Positions 47,871-58,187 of a DNA stretch of 64,000 bases are shown here, piece after piece. The first letter of the stretch is position 1. The number at the start of each line of letters is the position of its first letter. Location: contig CAZRED010000001.1 of NCBI GenBank assembly GCA_964599405.1, positions 149,942-213,941 on the forward strand, written 5' to 3'. Source of the DNA: an uncultured Candidatus Saccharibacteria bacterium. GTDB taxonomy: Bacteria > Patescibacteriota > UBA1384 > 2-12-FULL-50-11. The notes beneath the pieces were generated by a model, which saw only the letters and a list, made by a program, of their open reading frames with translations, had not been told where the DNA came from and did no database searches. The position numbers and the translations under genes are program-made.

Positions 47871-48938
47871 ATGAATGACGTCTATTACCTAATCGGCGGA
47901 GTGATTTTGGGCGCGGGGATTGTCTACGCGGTAATGCGTCACCGTCAAACCGATTTCTCCAAAATTAGCGAACAATTCCTTGGTTTAGCCAAAGAACGAT
48001 TGGGCGCGGAAAAAGAGGTGATCAGAACCGATCTTGAAGGCAAAAAAGACGCGATTAAAACCCTGGTAGACGAAATCCGCAAACAGCTCAAAGACACCGA
48101 CGACAAATTGCGAGCCAGCGACAAAGAGCGGATTAATTCGTTTTCCACCCTGAAAGCCGAGCTTGAGAACCAACGTCAACTAACCCACGAACTACGGGGC
48201 AGTGCCGAAGATTTAAAGCGCGTGCTCTCCAATAATCAGATGCGCGGCGCTTTCGGCGAACGAGTGGCCGAAGACCTGCTAAAAATGGCCGGTTTTGTAA
48301 TTGGCCAGGACTACACCGTTCAAACCCAAGCTGGCTCCACTCGCCCGGATTTAACGCTGCTAATGCCGGACGGCACGAAAGTCCAAATTGACGTTAAGTT
48401 CCCTTACTCCAACCTCCAACGCTTTACCGAAGCTAAGACCGAAGAAGAAAAGCAAAAATACATCAAACTCTTCAAGGCCGACGTTAAAGAAAAAATTAAG
48501 CAAATCGCCAGCCGCGACTACATTAACCCGGACGAAAAAACGGTGGATTTTGCGATTGCTTTTATCCCCAACGAAATGATTTTCAGCTTCATCTACGACC
48601 AGATGAACGATATTTGGGAGGATGGCATGCATAAAAAAGTAGTATTGGCTGGACCGTTTAGCTTTACGGCCATGTTGCGCTTAATCCGCCAAACGCACTC
48701 GAATTTCCAGTTCCAGGAAAATATCCACCAGATTATTTCGTTAATCCAAAAATTCCGTGGCGAGTACGACAAATTTAGCGAGTCGGTGGATGTGCTTGGT
48801 GCCCGGTTGGAATCAGCCAGCAAACAGTTTGAAGTGGTTTCCTCCACTCGTTCCCGCCAGCTTGGCCGAGTGATGGACCAAATTGACAACCAGCAGCTTC
48901 CCGCCGCGCCAAAAAGCGACCGACTTCTGGAGGAGTAA
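47871..48938 (+). CDS. rmuC: DNA recombination protein RmuC
   Basis: N-terminal TM, coiled-coil, and the RmuC core (RPDLTLLMPDGTKVQIDVKFPYSN, FIPNEMIFSF). Confidence 0.8.
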   Translation: MNDVYYLIGGVILGAGIVYAVMRHRQTDFSKISEQFLGLAKERLGAEKEVIRTDLEGKKDAIKTLVDEIRKQLKDTDDKLRASDKERINSFSTLKAELENQRQLTHELRGSAEDLKRVLSNNQMRGAFGERVAEDLLKMAGFVIGQDYTVQTQAGSTRPDLTLLMPDGTKVQIDVKFPYSNLQRFTEAKTEEEKQKYIKLFKADVKEKIKQIASRDYINPDEKTVDFAIAFIPNEMIFSFIYDQMNDIWEDGMHKKVVLAGPFSFTAMLRLIRQTHSNFQFQENIHQIISLIQKFRGEYDKFSESVDVLGARLESASKQFEVVSSTRSRQLGRVMDQIDNQQLPAAPKSDRLLEE

Positions 48939-48960
48939 GGTTTAGGGTAAAATCTGGTAG

Positions 48961-50421
48961 ATGACACAGGCGCCAAAGCCGGAATCAGTTGTTCGGTTGG
49001 AAAAGTTAGCGGAGCTGAAGAAGCTCGGAATCAACCCGTTTCCGGCAACTACGCCGGCTTATATTACGATTGAAGAAGCCCGAACCAAGAAAAATAGCGC
49101 CAAGTTGGCCACGGTCGGACGAATTACTGGTGTCCGCGGCCACGGTGGTTCGGCGTTTTTGGATATTGAAGACGAAGGCCATAAGCTCCAGCTTTTCTTC
49201 AAAAAAGACGAAGTTGGCAAAGACTACGACTTACTAAAGCTACTCGACCACGGCGACTATATCTGGGTGGAAGGTGAGATTTTTACGACCAAGGCCGGGG
49301 AGTTGTCGCTAAAAGCCACTAAATTCCAGCTATTAGCCAAATCGCTACTGCCGGTACCAGATGGCTGGCATGGTTTGAGCGATGTCGAAACCCGCTATCG
49401 CCAGCGGACAGTTGACTTTAAAGCTAACGATAAAGCCCGGGAAATTATCGTCACCCGTTCAATGGTGGTGGAAGCCATCCGCGAGTTTTTCGTCCGCCAC
49501 GGCTTTATGGAGATCCACACCCCTGTTTTGCAGCCGATTCCCGGTGGAGCAATGGCCAAGCCGTTTATCACCCACCACAATGCCTTGGACGCCGATTTTT
49601 ACCTGCGAATCGCCCCGGAGCTCTACCTGAAGCGCCTGATAGCTGGCGGTTTTAACCGAGTTTTTGAGATTGGCCCGAACTTCCGTAATGAAGGTTTGAG
49701 CCATATGCACAACCCGGAATTTTACTCGGCCGAAGCCTATTGGGCGTATCAAGATTATGTTGGTTTTATGAAAGCCACCCAAGAACTAATCCAAGAATTG
49801 GTCAAGAAAGTCCATGGCTCACTGAAAATCACCTACCAGAACCAGAAAATCGACTTTTCTGGTGACTTTAATACCGTTAAATACGCCGATTTAATCAAGA
49901 AAGACACCGGCATCGACATCGCCAAAGAAAATGACTTCGATAAACTCAATGCGGCGGTGAAAAAAGCCAAAATCACCTTCGATAACCAAAATATTAAGGT
50001 TTGGAGCGAGATGGTGGATGAACTGTTTAAAAAAGTTAGCCGGCCAAAAATCGTCCAGCCAACTTTTGTCGTTGACTACCCGTTAGTAACTACCCCGTTA
50101 GCCAAGAAACACCGCGATAACCCCGAATTAGCCGAGAGATTCCAGCTGATTGTTGCCGGTGGTTTCGAACTAGTTAACGCCTATACCGAGTTGAATGACC
50201 CAGTTGACCAAGAAAATCGCTTCCGTGAGCAGCTGAAAATGAAACAACAGGGCTGGGAGGAAGCCCAAATGCTCGATGAGAACTTTGTGGAAGCCCTGAA
50301 GTTCGGCATGCCGCCCACTGCCGGCTGGGGCATGGGGATTGAGCGGTTAGTGATGGTTTTAACCAACCAGCACTCGATCAAAGAAGTGATCCCTTTTCCA
50401 ACATTGCGGCCAATAAAATAG
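48961..50421 (+). CDS. lysS: Lysine--tRNA ligase, class II
   Basis: Anticodon-binding OB fold plus class-II motifs (FMEIHTPVL, FRNEG, GGFELVNAYTELNDP, GMGIERLVM). TAAAAT lies 7 nt before the ATG (leaderless). Confidence 0.9.
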   Translation: MTQAPKPESVVRLEKLAELKKLGINPFPATTPAYITIEEARTKKNSAKLATVGRITGVRGHGGSAFLDIEDEGHKLQLFFKKDEVGKDYDLLKLLDHGDYIWVEGEIFTTKAGELSLKATKFQLLAKSLLPVPDGWHGLSDVETRYRQRTVDFKANDKAREIIVTRSMVVEAIREFFVRHGFMEIHTPVLQPIPGGAMAKPFITHHNALDADFYLRIAPELYLKRLIAGGFNRVFEIGPNFRNEGLSHMHNPEFYSAEAYWAYQDYVGFMKATQELIQELVKKVHGSLKITYQNQKIDFSGDFNTVKYADLIKKDTGIDIAKENDFDKLNAAVKKAKITFDNQNIKVWSEMVDELFKKVSRPKIVQPTFVVDYPLVTTPLAKKHRDNPELAERFQLIVAGGFELVNAYTELNDPVDQENRFREQLKMKQQGWEEAQMLDENFVEALKFGMPPTAGWGMGIERLVMVLTNQHSIKEVIPFPTLRPIK

Positions 50422-50448
50422 CTCCATCATAAATATCACTCTAACCCC

Positions 50449-50476
50449 TTGACTTTTCTCGAGAATCTGCTATAAT
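50449..50476 (+). promoter_or_regulatory. Strong sigma-70 promoter with extended -10
   Basis: TTGACT, 16-nt spacer, TGcTATAAT. Confidence 0.55.
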
Positions 50477-50532
50477 TCCGGCACAACGTTCGAGCAGCTT
50501 CAAGCTGCTTTGGGCGCGCAAGTAGGACAAAC

Positions 50533-51213
50533 ATGAAGGCAAATATTTTACTCGCAGTCTTTGTACTGGCTGCGCTTTCGAGCGCCCAGTACGTTCAGCG
50601 GCCTGAAGAAACGGAACCAATTCGGCAGCAGGAAACCACAACTGTGGAGACCGGCTCGCCGCAGACAACCGACCTAGAGCCGACCGACCAGGGTTACCAA
50701 CAGCCGACTAACACCGGGCAACAGTCCGGTGTGGACGAGCAAGGGCGTCTCCGTCAGGAGAAAGCGTTGCGCGAGCGCGATCGTGAATGGTTTCAGTCCG
50801 TATTGGACAGCCCCGGCATGGTTAAAGATCACGGTTCGGCAAGTAAGAAACTTGCTAAAACCAACAATCGTTTAGCCGTGCTTGAGAAAAAACTCAACGA
50901 TCTGGCCAACGAAACACGCCGCGGGCTAAACAAGCACCGACAGGAGATTGACGCACTCAACAAGAGGGTTGATGACATCTGGGGATCGGAAGAGGCTAAA
51001 GCACTCAAAAGCTCACTCAAGAAGGAGCTGCTTAGCGAGCTGGCCGCCCCACCCGAAGATGCCGGCCAAGAGGTTGCCGACACCCAAGAAAAAGGTAACA
51101 CCTTCTACTGGATTGTTGGAGTCTTTGTTTTGGCTTTGGTGGTGCTGGGGTACCTAATGTTTGGAAGAAAGCCCCAGAAAGAAACGCCCGAAGAAAAAAG
51201 CGAGACTCCCTAG
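50533..51213 (+). CDS. Secreted coiled-coil protein with a C-terminal TM anchor
   Basis: Signal peptide, Gln/Thr-rich region, coiled-coil, then C-terminal helix FYWIVGVFVLALVVLGYLMF. Confidence 0.45.
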   Translation: MKANILLAVFVLAALSSAQYVQRPEETEPIRQQETTTVETGSPQTTDLEPTDQGYQQPTNTGQQSGVDEQGRLRQEKALRERDREWFQSVLDSPGMVKDHGSASKKLAKTNNRLAVLEKKLNDLANETRRGLNKHRQEIDALNKRVDDIWGSEEAKALKSSLKKELLSELAAPPEDAGQEVADTQEKGNTFYWIVGVFVLALVVLGYLMFGRKPQKETPEEKSETP

Positions 51214-51225
51214 CTCTCGCACCCC

Positions 51226-51256
51226 GCCTGGTCGCACCCGCGACCAGGCTTTTTTA
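51226..51256 (+). terminator. Rho-independent terminator
   Basis: GCCTGGTCG-cacccg-CGACCAGGC followed by TTTTTTATT. Confidence 0.65.
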
Positions 51257-53197
51257 TTACTGTTTTTTGCGTTTCTTGTTGATACGTTCGGTCAACATAT
51301 CTAATTGCTGCTGGTTTAGTTCGGTGTGAGTTTCAATTTTATTGTTACGGTTGTCGAAAACATTAAGTGAGAAATGATCCCTCTTAATAGCATCTCGGTG
51401 ATTATTAACAGTGTGTGAATAGTAGTAGGTATGGCCATTTTTGTCTGAAAAGACAATCCGGCGCGTCTCTACACCGGGCTCTGGCTCTTTAATGTTCATA
51501 GTCTCGACGCCTTCCCACTCTTCTTTCGATTCGGGAGCGCTCACCCCCTGAAAAATGTTGTCAAACCGGTCAAAGTTAGTAGTAGCTTCTTCGTTACCGG
51601 CTGGTTTTTCTTCTGAAATACCGCCGTTTATTGGCACGCGAACTTCTTCGTCGTATTTCGGTCCGCTGCCGGGGACGCTCGGTTCTTGCTGGGCTGCAGC
51701 TGCGCCCGCTTCCCACTGTTCCCACGCCCGATCCGTCACCGAACCTTCGTCCGAAGGCGTTTTGGGCGGCTCGCCGCGGCCAGCAAACAGGTTGCGGACA
51801 AAGAAAGCCATATTGGCGGCGGCCACTGGTACCGCTTCCCGGAAAAACCCGGCAGTATTAAACACCGTCTGCGTCACAACCTCTGTGCTGATGCCAGGCA
51901 CTTTACCTAGTAACTCGGCAAACCGGCTATCGGTCATGCCGGAAAGGGTATGAACAACTTCACCACTATTCAGGGTTGCTGTTGTCATTTCGTAGCCGTA
52001 TTTGGCTGCTTCCGCCGTTTTAGCAGCCAGCTCGCCGGGGTTGTATTGGAAAACGTAGCCACCACTTTCGCGGAGAAGTTCGCTGAACCCTTCCTGGCTA
52101 GTAGAGGCAACCTGATTCGGGGTTATATGGCGGACAAAATGCTCAACAGTGTCTTTATCAAAATCGGCTGCAAACCCTTGAGCGGCTTCCTGAGTAGTAC
52201 GTTGGAATGTATCAACAACAAACGATCCGGCAAAACCACCGATAATCGATCCGCCAGCCGCGATCAAATCGGCGGTTTTTTCCCGCTTTCTTTCAAGAGT
52301 ATTTTTGGCTTTACCCAGCTCGAAAACCTTTTCCATGCCTCGGATTGTTGCCTTTTCGCCCTCGTCGCCTTCGCTATATATATTTTCTTCGGATTTGTAT
52401 TTTAGTTCGGCCACCAGCTGGATTTGCATATTCTTAATTTCCGCATCAATCTCTGCTTGACGCTCCGGAGTAGCGCTTCCCCGTTCGTCCAGCAAAACCC
52501 CCTCCTCTTGCTTTAGGCGAGCGGCGTAGGCAAAAACATCAGCTCGTGCCTCAATGGCTTTGAAGCGGGACTCCTGTTCGTTAAGATCAAACTGCCGTAA
52601 CAGTTCGTAGACGCCACGGAAAACTGCGCCGCCAGCCAAGGCCGCTAAGAAAGCTGGAGAGGCAACTGCGCCACCCAAGACCGCCGTAATCCCGGCACCG
52701 ACTCCACCGGTAACAGCAGTTTTAACGAGGTTTTTGCCAATGCGCCTGGCACTTTCCCGACTGAAAAAATTCAACGCTGTCTTAATCGCCTCTTCCCGTT
52801 GCTCTGGGTCCAGTTCAGCAACTTCCTTGGCGATATCGATGTCCCGACGTTCCCCGGCAAAAAAGACGGAGACGTTTTTAATAAACTTGGATATGGCGTT
52901 ACCGTCGTTTAGCTTGTAGCGTTCGGCCAGCTCTTTGTCGCTCGCCTCTTTAACAAGATCGATAGCACTCAACAGTACCGCTTCCCGCTCCTGTCGAGAT
53001 TCCGCAAGGCGGTCTGGGTCGGCTTCGTTAATCAGCGGCTCGGCATCAGCCGGGTCTTTTTCGGTCCCCTTATCAAAATCAGCCTCCGCCCGCCGGCTGT
53101 CGTCCTGCCACTGCTCGCCCGCTTCCGGACTGGCTGCGCCGATATTTTCTGGGCCAGCTGCTTCACCTGAACCTAGCCCGCCCCCTTCTACTGACAT
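51257..53197 (-). CDS. Large hypothetical protein with an acidic N-terminus and central Gly-rich TM hairpin
   Basis: 646 aa ORF. No recognisable family. Confidence 0.4.
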   Translation of the reverse strand: MSVEGGGLGSGEAAGPENIGAASPEAGEQWQDDSRRAEADFDKGTEKDPADAEPLINEADPDRLAESRQEREAVLLSAIDLVKEASDKELAERYKLNDGNAISKFIKNVSVFFAGERRDIDIAKEVAELDPEQREEAIKTALNFFSRESARRIGKNLVKTAVTGGVGAGITAVLGGAVASPAFLAALAGGAVFRGVYELLRQFDLNEQESRFKAIEARADVFAYAARLKQEEGVLLDERGSATPERQAEIDAEIKNMQIQLVAELKYKSEENIYSEGDEGEKATIRGMEKVFELGKAKNTLERKREKTADLIAAGGSIIGGFAGSFVVDTFQRTTQEAAQGFAADFDKDTVEHFVRHITPNQVASTSQEGFSELLRESGGYVFQYNPGELAAKTAEAAKYGYEMTTATLNSGEVVHTLSGMTDSRFAELLGKVPGISTEVVTQTVFNTAGFFREAVPVAAANMAFFVRNLFAGRGEPPKTPSDEGSVTDRAWEQWEAGAAAAQQEPSVPGSGPKYDEEVRVPINGGISEEKPAGNEEATTNFDRFDNIFQGVSAPESKEEWEGVETMNIKEPEPGVETRRIVFSDKNGHTYYYSHTVNNHRDAIKRDHFSLNVFDNRNNKIETHTELNQQQLDMLTERINKKRKKQ

Positions 53198-53198
53198 G

Positions 53199-53525
53199 TT
53201 ATTTCGAGTAGCTCTCGCTCTTGAGTGCTTCGGATAAGCTGGCTAGTTCAACCTTGTATTTCAATGTTTCAGTAGTAGCTAACTGCTCAATTTCGATGCC
53301 GTTGTCGGTAAAAAACTGGCTGACCGCCCCGCCGTCGCCTTTTTCAAATAATGCTTTTAATTCGTCTAGTTTGACTTCGTCGAGCCGGTCGGCAATCTGT
53401 AACATTATCCGGTTCATCACCGTATCGTAAGCCTGCTGAAAAATTTCGTCTTTCTTTTCTTGAGGTAGATGCTCAAGATCAAGCAGCTCGAAGATGTTTT
53501 GCTGGAGTACCCCCTCCAATTTCAT
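53199..53525 (-). CDS. Hypothetical acidic helical protein
   Basis: 108 aa. Its stop abuts the start of the 646-aa gene, so the two are probably co-transcribed. Confidence 0.35.
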   Translation of the reverse strand: MKLEGVLQQNIFELLDLEHLPQEKKDEIFQQAYDTVMNRIMLQIADRLDEVKLDELKALFEKGDGGAVSQFFTDNGIEIEQLATTETLKYKVELASLSEALKSESYSK

Positions 53526-53590
53526 AGCTTTAGCCTAGCAGAATTGCGGGCTGTTATCGACGTAAAGAAAAACCGGCATGTTACTGCCGG

Positions 53591-54475
53591 TTAAGAAACT
53601 AGGTGCTTAAAGTGGTCTTTCTGCAAGCGCAGCTTTCGAATTGCAGATGTCTCTGCATCAATGACCGTGTGACGACAGATGCTAAGTATCTCTCCAACTT
53701 CATCAAGTGTTCTAACAACGCCATCTTCTATGCCGAAGCGCAATACGATGACGTCTCTCTGTCGAGCTGTGAGTTCCCCCAGTACTGCTTTGAACAGTTC
53801 TTCTCGCACTAACTTATCTTCAACTTCGGACATTTGATTACTAGCTAGTAGTTCAACGATCGTATCATCGCCACTTTCTCCAACAGGTGTGTCAAGAGAA
53901 ATAATAGACTGCCCAGAAGACAACATATTGGCTACTTTTTCCGAACTGTAGCCTAGGTAGTTGGAGATATCGGCTTGCGTCACGGAATGCCGAAGTTTTT
54001 TCTCGAGTGCTTCCACCTCCTTTCGAAAACCGCTCAATGCGGTGGTAACGTGGATTGGAAGACGGATAGTTCTACCTTCATTGAGTAAACCGCGATTTAT
54101 CTTCTGGCGAATCCATAGAGTCGCGTAAGTAGAAAATCGACAGCCTCTGCTATAGTCGTAGCGCTTCGCCGCTTCCATCAGACCTATAAACCCCATCATG
54201 AAAAGGTCGTCCATATCCTGGGAGTAGGCTTTTCTTTCGGCGGCCTTTTTGGCGATCGACAAGACCAGACGAAGGTTGGCCTTGACCAGGTGTCTGTGCG
54301 CTTCAATACTTCCTTCTTCTTTAACCTTTCGGCCAAGATCTAACTCCTGTTCTTTGTTCAGAAGGTGATCTTGCGAAGTTACCCGGACAAGTGCCGAAAT
54401 TGATGACGAGCTTTCCAGCTCGCTCTCTTGTGTTAGTAACGAGTTGGTCGGCTTTTTTCTCATATCAAGTCTCAT
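53591..54475 (-). CDS. Sigma-70 family sigma factor (group 2/3-like, regions 2-4)
   Basis: Region 2 (YSQDMDDLFMMGFIGLMEAAKRYDYSRGCRFSTYATLWIRQ) and region 4 HTH (TLDEVGEILSICRHTV). Confidence 0.75.
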   Translation of the reverse strand: MRLDMRKKPTNSLLTQESELESSSSISALVRVTSQDHLLNKEQELDLGRKVKEEGSIEAHRHLVKANLRLVLSIAKKAAERKAYSQDMDDLFMMGFIGLMEAAKRYDYSRGCRFSTYATLWIRQKINRGLLNEGRTIRLPIHVTTALSGFRKEVEALEKKLRHSVTQADISNYLGYSSEKVANMLSSGQSIISLDTPVGESGDDTIVELLASNQMSEVEDKLVREELFKAVLGELTARQRDVIVLRFGIEDGVVRTLDEVGEILSICRHTVIDAETSAIRKLRLQKDHFKHLVS

Positions 54476-54540
54476 ATGTGAACGTTCACTGGGAAATTAT
54501 AGCTCTAAAATGGCACAAACTCAATTATCAAGCCGGCAGT

Positions 54541-55659
54541 TTACGTCAAGTAGTCTTTGAGACGCGAGGCTTCTTCGTGCTTTTTCAGCTTCTGCAGAGC
54601 TTTGGCTTCAATCTGGCGGATACGCTCGCGAGTAACGCCGAACTCTTTACCCACTTCTTCCAGGGTGTGGGTGCGGCCGACGCCCTCTTCTGGCTCCAAG
54701 CCAAAGCGCATTCGGAGAATCTTTTGCTCGCGCGGCGTTAGAATCGCTAGGGATTCCTCGACGTGGCCTTTCATCAACTGGTAAATCGCCTGCTCTTCTG
54801 GGGAGATGGCCGTTTTGTCTTCGATAAACTCGCCCAAACTGGAATCGCCTTCATCGCCGACAGGGGATTCCAGCGAAACGGTTTCTTGGGAAATCTTCAT
54901 GATGTGCTCGAGCTTCTCCAGGTCAACGCCAAGTTTTTTGGCCAGCTCTTCGTGGGTTGGTTCGCGGCCCAGCTCTTGCTGCAGTTCGCGCTGGGTGCGC
55001 ATGTAGCGATTGATGGTTTCCACCATGTGAACTGGGATACGAATCGTTCTGGCTTGGTCGGCAATCGCTCGGGTAATCGCTTGGCGAATCCACCAGGTAG
55101 CGTAAGTCGAGAACTTAAACCCCTTTTTGTAATCAAATTTTTCAACGGCTCGGTGCAAACCCAGGTTGCCTTCTTGAATTAAATCCAGCAGCGACAGACC
55201 CCGGCCGATGTATTTTTTGGCAATCGAAACAACAAGGCGCAGGTTAGCTTCAGCTAAACGGCGCTTAGCGGCTTTATCGCCGCGCTCAATCCGCTTGGCT
55301 AGCGCCACCTCTTCTGGGCCGGTTAGCAATGGGTATTGCCCAATTTCCCGCAGGTACATTCGAACAGAATCTTCGGAAATGCCGGTTAAATCGTCTTCTT
55401 TGATGTTTTTCTTTTTCTCATCAACGCCCGGGATATCCAGTAGGGCTTTTGGTTCGCGCAGCTCCACGCCAATAGCGCTAAGGTAGCGCATATATTCGTC
55501 AATCATCTCCAAATCCTGCTCCGGTTCGGGAAACGACTGGAGAATTTCTTTGTAGGTAACAAAGCCGTGCTGACGGCCTTTTTTAATCATGTACATTAGC
55601 TCATCGGGAAAATCTAACCCGACGTCTTGTTTAACTTTTTTGGGAACCGCTTTTGTCAT
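54541..55659 (-). CDS. rpoD: Primary sigma factor RpoD
   Basis: Region 1.2, region 2.x ([41 protein letters not shown]), region 3 and region 4 ([24 protein letters not shown]). Confidence 0.9.
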   Translation of the reverse strand: MTKAVPKKVKQDVGLDFPDELMYMIKKGRQHGFVTYKEILQSFPEPEQDLEMIDEYMRYLSAIGVELREPKALLDIPGVDEKKKNIKEDDLTGISEDSVRMYLREIGQYPLLTGPEEVALAKRIERGDKAAKRRLAEANLRLVVSIAKKYIGRGLSLLDLIQEGNLGLHRAVEKFDYKKGFKFSTYATWWIRQAITRAIADQARTIRIPVHMVETINRYMRTQRELQQELGREPTHEELAKKLGVDLEKLEHIMKISQETVSLESPVGDEGDSSLGEFIEDKTAISPEEQAIYQLMKGHVEESLAILTPREQKILRMRFGLEPEEGVGRTHTLEEVGKEFGVTRERIRQIEAKALQKLKKHEEASRLKDYLT

Positions 55660-55660
55660 C

Positions 55661-57433
55661 TTAGGAAGTTACCTCTTTTGTTAGCTGGTTGAGCTCGTCC
55701 ATTAATTTTTTCACTCCGGCAATATCGCCGGTTTCCTGGGCGGCTCTGATGGCTTGAGCCAGGTCGGTTTTTTGGTTCTCCCGCGCTCGGGTAGAGAGTA
55801 GGGCCAATTTTTCGTCGATCAACTCTGTTGCTGTTTCATCGGTCAAATTTTCCCACTGACGGGAAAGCCAAAACATCCACGAATCGATCTTCTCTGCAGC
55901 CTGCGAGTCCAATGGGTTTTTAACCTTAGATAGGAATTGGGTCTGGTTACTAACCAAAGCTTTGTCAGTATAACACTTCTGAAGTTCTCGAGCAATCGTC
56001 TCGGCATCGACGCTTTTCCACGACACGTCAGCCAAAGTCTTGGCAACTTTGGTGATTAACTTCGGTCGGTTCAATAATATCGCCAATATCTGCTCTTCGT
56101 TCGTTAATGCTGCCGACACGGCAACGGGTGAGGAAGAGGATCCGGGACCAGACTTAGACTTGGCAACAGCTGCGTAGACGCTATCAACCGACAGTCCTAA
56201 ACGAGTGGATAGGCGTTGGACGGCATAATCTAGCCGAGTCGGATCCACCAGTAAGCGTAGCGACGGCAGAACCGCTTTGAGGATGGTTTTCTTGTTCTCG
56301 ATCTGTTTAATATCACCAGCTTCGCTAATCGCTTGATCAATCAGCCAGTCGACCGCTTCTTTGGCGGCTTTTTCCTGAATAGCCCAGCCGGTTGGGTCGT
56401 TCGCCAACAGCTCGTCGGCGTCTTTATGCATGCCAAAATCCACCACCCGCGCGTTCAAATCAGCCGCCAGCAGCATCTCTATTACCTTTTTAGTGGTGTT
56501 AATGCCGGCCGAATCGTTGTCGAAAGCCAGCAGAAAGTTCTGGGTGTACTTGGAAAGGATCTGCAGTTGACCTTCAGTAATGGCGGTGCCGGAGCTAGCG
56601 ACAGCGTTGGTGACGCCGTAGCGATGAAGGGTGACCACGTCGAACTGCCCCTCGACCAGAATTACCGAGTCTTTTTCTTTAATAGCCGCTTTGGCGAAGT
56701 TTAGGCCGTAGAGAATCCGACTTTTATTGAAGAGCGGCGTCTCGGGCGAATTAAGGTATTTTGGCTGGGCATCGCCCAAAGTTCGGCCGGTAAAGCCAAT
56801 CACATGCCCCATCACATCGAAAATCGGGAAAATTATCCGCTCGAAAAACTTGTCGGGCGAGCCGGCCTTTTCCAAATCGGCCGCTGGGACGCCTTTTTTG
56901 AGCATTAAATCTTTGACCGAAATGTTCCGGGCAGCAAAACCCAGGCGGAAGTCTTTGATAGTTTTGTCGTCCAGCCCCCGCTTTTTTAGATAATTTTGGG
57001 CGACTTGGCCATCTTTGGTATCCCAAAGGATTTTTTCAAATATTTTGCTGGCCAATTCGTTAATCCGGTAGAGCGAGTCTTTTCGGCCCTGGCTTTGGTG
57101 CTCGGCTTGGGTACGCGGCTTCAACGTAACGCCGGCTTTTTGAGCCAACAAGCGCAAAGCATCGCCGAACTCTAAGTGTTCGGTTTCCATAATGAAGGAG
57201 AAATGGTCACCGCCCTTACCGCAGCCAAAGCATTTCCAAATTTGTTTCTGCGGGCTAACCATCAGCGACGGGGTTTTTTCCTGGTGAAACGGGCAGACGC
57301 CTTTGTAGTTGGCGCCGGCTTTTTTGAGCGTAACGTACTGACTAATTAGGTCGACAATATCCAGCCGCTGGCGGACTTCTTCAACTTCGTTCATCGCCCC
57401 AATTCTAACAGGGAAATAACAGATTAAAAGCAC
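55661..57433 (-). CDS. dnaG: DNA primase DnaG
   Basis: Zinc-binding [10 protein letters not shown]...CFGCG. TOPRIM domain (EGQFDV, DNDSAG). Confidence 0.9.
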   Translation of the reverse strand: MLLICYFPVRIGAMNEVEEVRQRLDIVDLISQYVTLKKAGANYKGVCPFHQEKTPSLMVSPQKQIWKCFGCGKGGDHFSFIMETEHLEFGDALRLLAQKAGVTLKPRTQAEHQSQGRKDSLYRINELASKIFEKILWDTKDGQVAQNYLKKRGLDDKTIKDFRLGFAARNISVKDLMLKKGVPAADLEKAGSPDKFFERIIFPIFDVMGHVIGFTGRTLGDAQPKYLNSPETPLFNKSRILYGLNFAKAAIKEKDSVILVEGQFDVVTLHRYGVTNAVASSGTAITEGQLQILSKYTQNFLLAFDNDSAGINTTKKVIEMLLAADLNARVVDFGMHKDADELLANDPTGWAIQEKAAKEAVDWLIDQAISEAGDIKQIENKKTILKAVLPSLRLLVDPTRLDYAVQRLSTRLGLSVDSVYAAVAKSKSGPGSSSSPVAVSAALTNEEQILAILLNRPKLITKVAKTLADVSWKSVDAETIARELQKCYTDKALVSNQTQFLSKVKNPLDSQAAEKIDSWMFWLSRQWENLTDETATELIDEKLALLSTRARENQKTDLAQAIRAAQETGDIAGVKKLMDELNQLTKEVTS

Positions 57434-57444
57434 AAACGCCCCTC

Positions 57445-57473
57445 TTGACTTTTAGGTGTTTTTATGGTATGGT
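57445..57473 (+). promoter_or_regulatory. Sigma-70-type promoter
   Basis: TTGACT, 17-nt spacer, TATGGT. Confidence 0.4.
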
Positions 57474-57496
57474 ATCGAAACCACTATGCGGAGAAG

Positions 57497-57849
57497 TGGA
57501 ACACGGAGGAAATGCACTTTTGCAAACAAATACTAAGGCGCCGCTAAGCGTCCAGCTTGAGAAATGTTCTCGGGCTGCTAACTTTCGCTCTCTTACCCGC
57601 CAAGCCCTGTCAGAGGACTGGCGAAGGATCGAAAAGATCGTCGAGATCGCCGAACGATCCGCCAATCTCAACGGCGAAAAAGAAGCGCTGCTCAAAGAGC
57701 TTCGCGAAATGAAGGAAACTCTCCCAAAACTTCGAGATGGAGAATTGGGTGCGTTCCTGAAGGTCGCTTGCCGACGGAGCAGCCGGATCACCACCTTACG
57801 GCGATTCCAGGTCCTTCAGCAAAACAAACGCGGCGTCAAAGAGCGCTGA
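57497..57849 (+). CDS. Small hypothetical helical protein (possible GTG start)
   Basis: The ORF has a protein-like C-terminal half (EKIVEIAERSANLNGEKEALLKELREMKETLPKLRDGELGAFLKV). It is bracketed by a promoter and a terminator. The start is uncertain. Confidence 0.3.
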
Positions 57850-57859
57850 AACAAATCAA

Positions 57860-57892
57860 GCCCTCCCCATCGCGGGGAGGGCTAAACTTTTA
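57860..57892 (+). terminator. Rho-independent terminator
   Basis: GCCCTCCCC-atcgc-GGGGAGGGC then a T-rich tract. Confidence 0.5.
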
Positions 57893-57921
57893 CCCTGAAA
57901 AAAGGTACAATTTCAAGCATT

Positions 57922-58011
57922 GGAGAGGTCGCCTAGTGGACTATGGCGCCGCCTTGGAAAGGCGGTTTGCTCGCAAGAGTATCGAGGGTTCGAATCCCTC
58001 CCTCTCCGCCA
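57922..58011 (+). tRNA. tRNA-Ser (GGA), class II with long variable arm and encoded CCA
   Basis: Acceptor GGAGAGG/CCTCTCC, anticodon arm CGCC-TTGGAAA-GGCG, 17-nt variable arm, T-arm GAGGG-TTCGAAT-CCCTC, then G-CCA. Confidence 0.85.
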
Positions 58012-58187
58012 GATTAAAATGTGGAACTTTTTTATGGTTCCAAAAGACATAACAAAGGAAGGAAATCACCGAAAGATCGCTTTTGGGCTGACGTGATGCC
58101 CAAAAAGGCTTACTTTGGGCAAGACCCCACTAGGGACTCGAACTAAATTTTCTCCTGAACCCTCATGAAATTGTGGAACTTTTCTGA

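Noticed and set aside
57445-57496. Met start at 57445 for the 134-aa ORF
   Set aside because: That ATG lies inside the predicted -35/-10 promoter, so if the ORF is real it must start downstream.
58020-58183. 12-bp direct repeat TGTGGAACTTTT as att sites
   Set aside because: Too short, and only 150 bp apart with no cargo between. The first copy forms a hairpin right after tRNA-Ser and is more likely a terminator. Kept only as a minor note in the island hypothesis.
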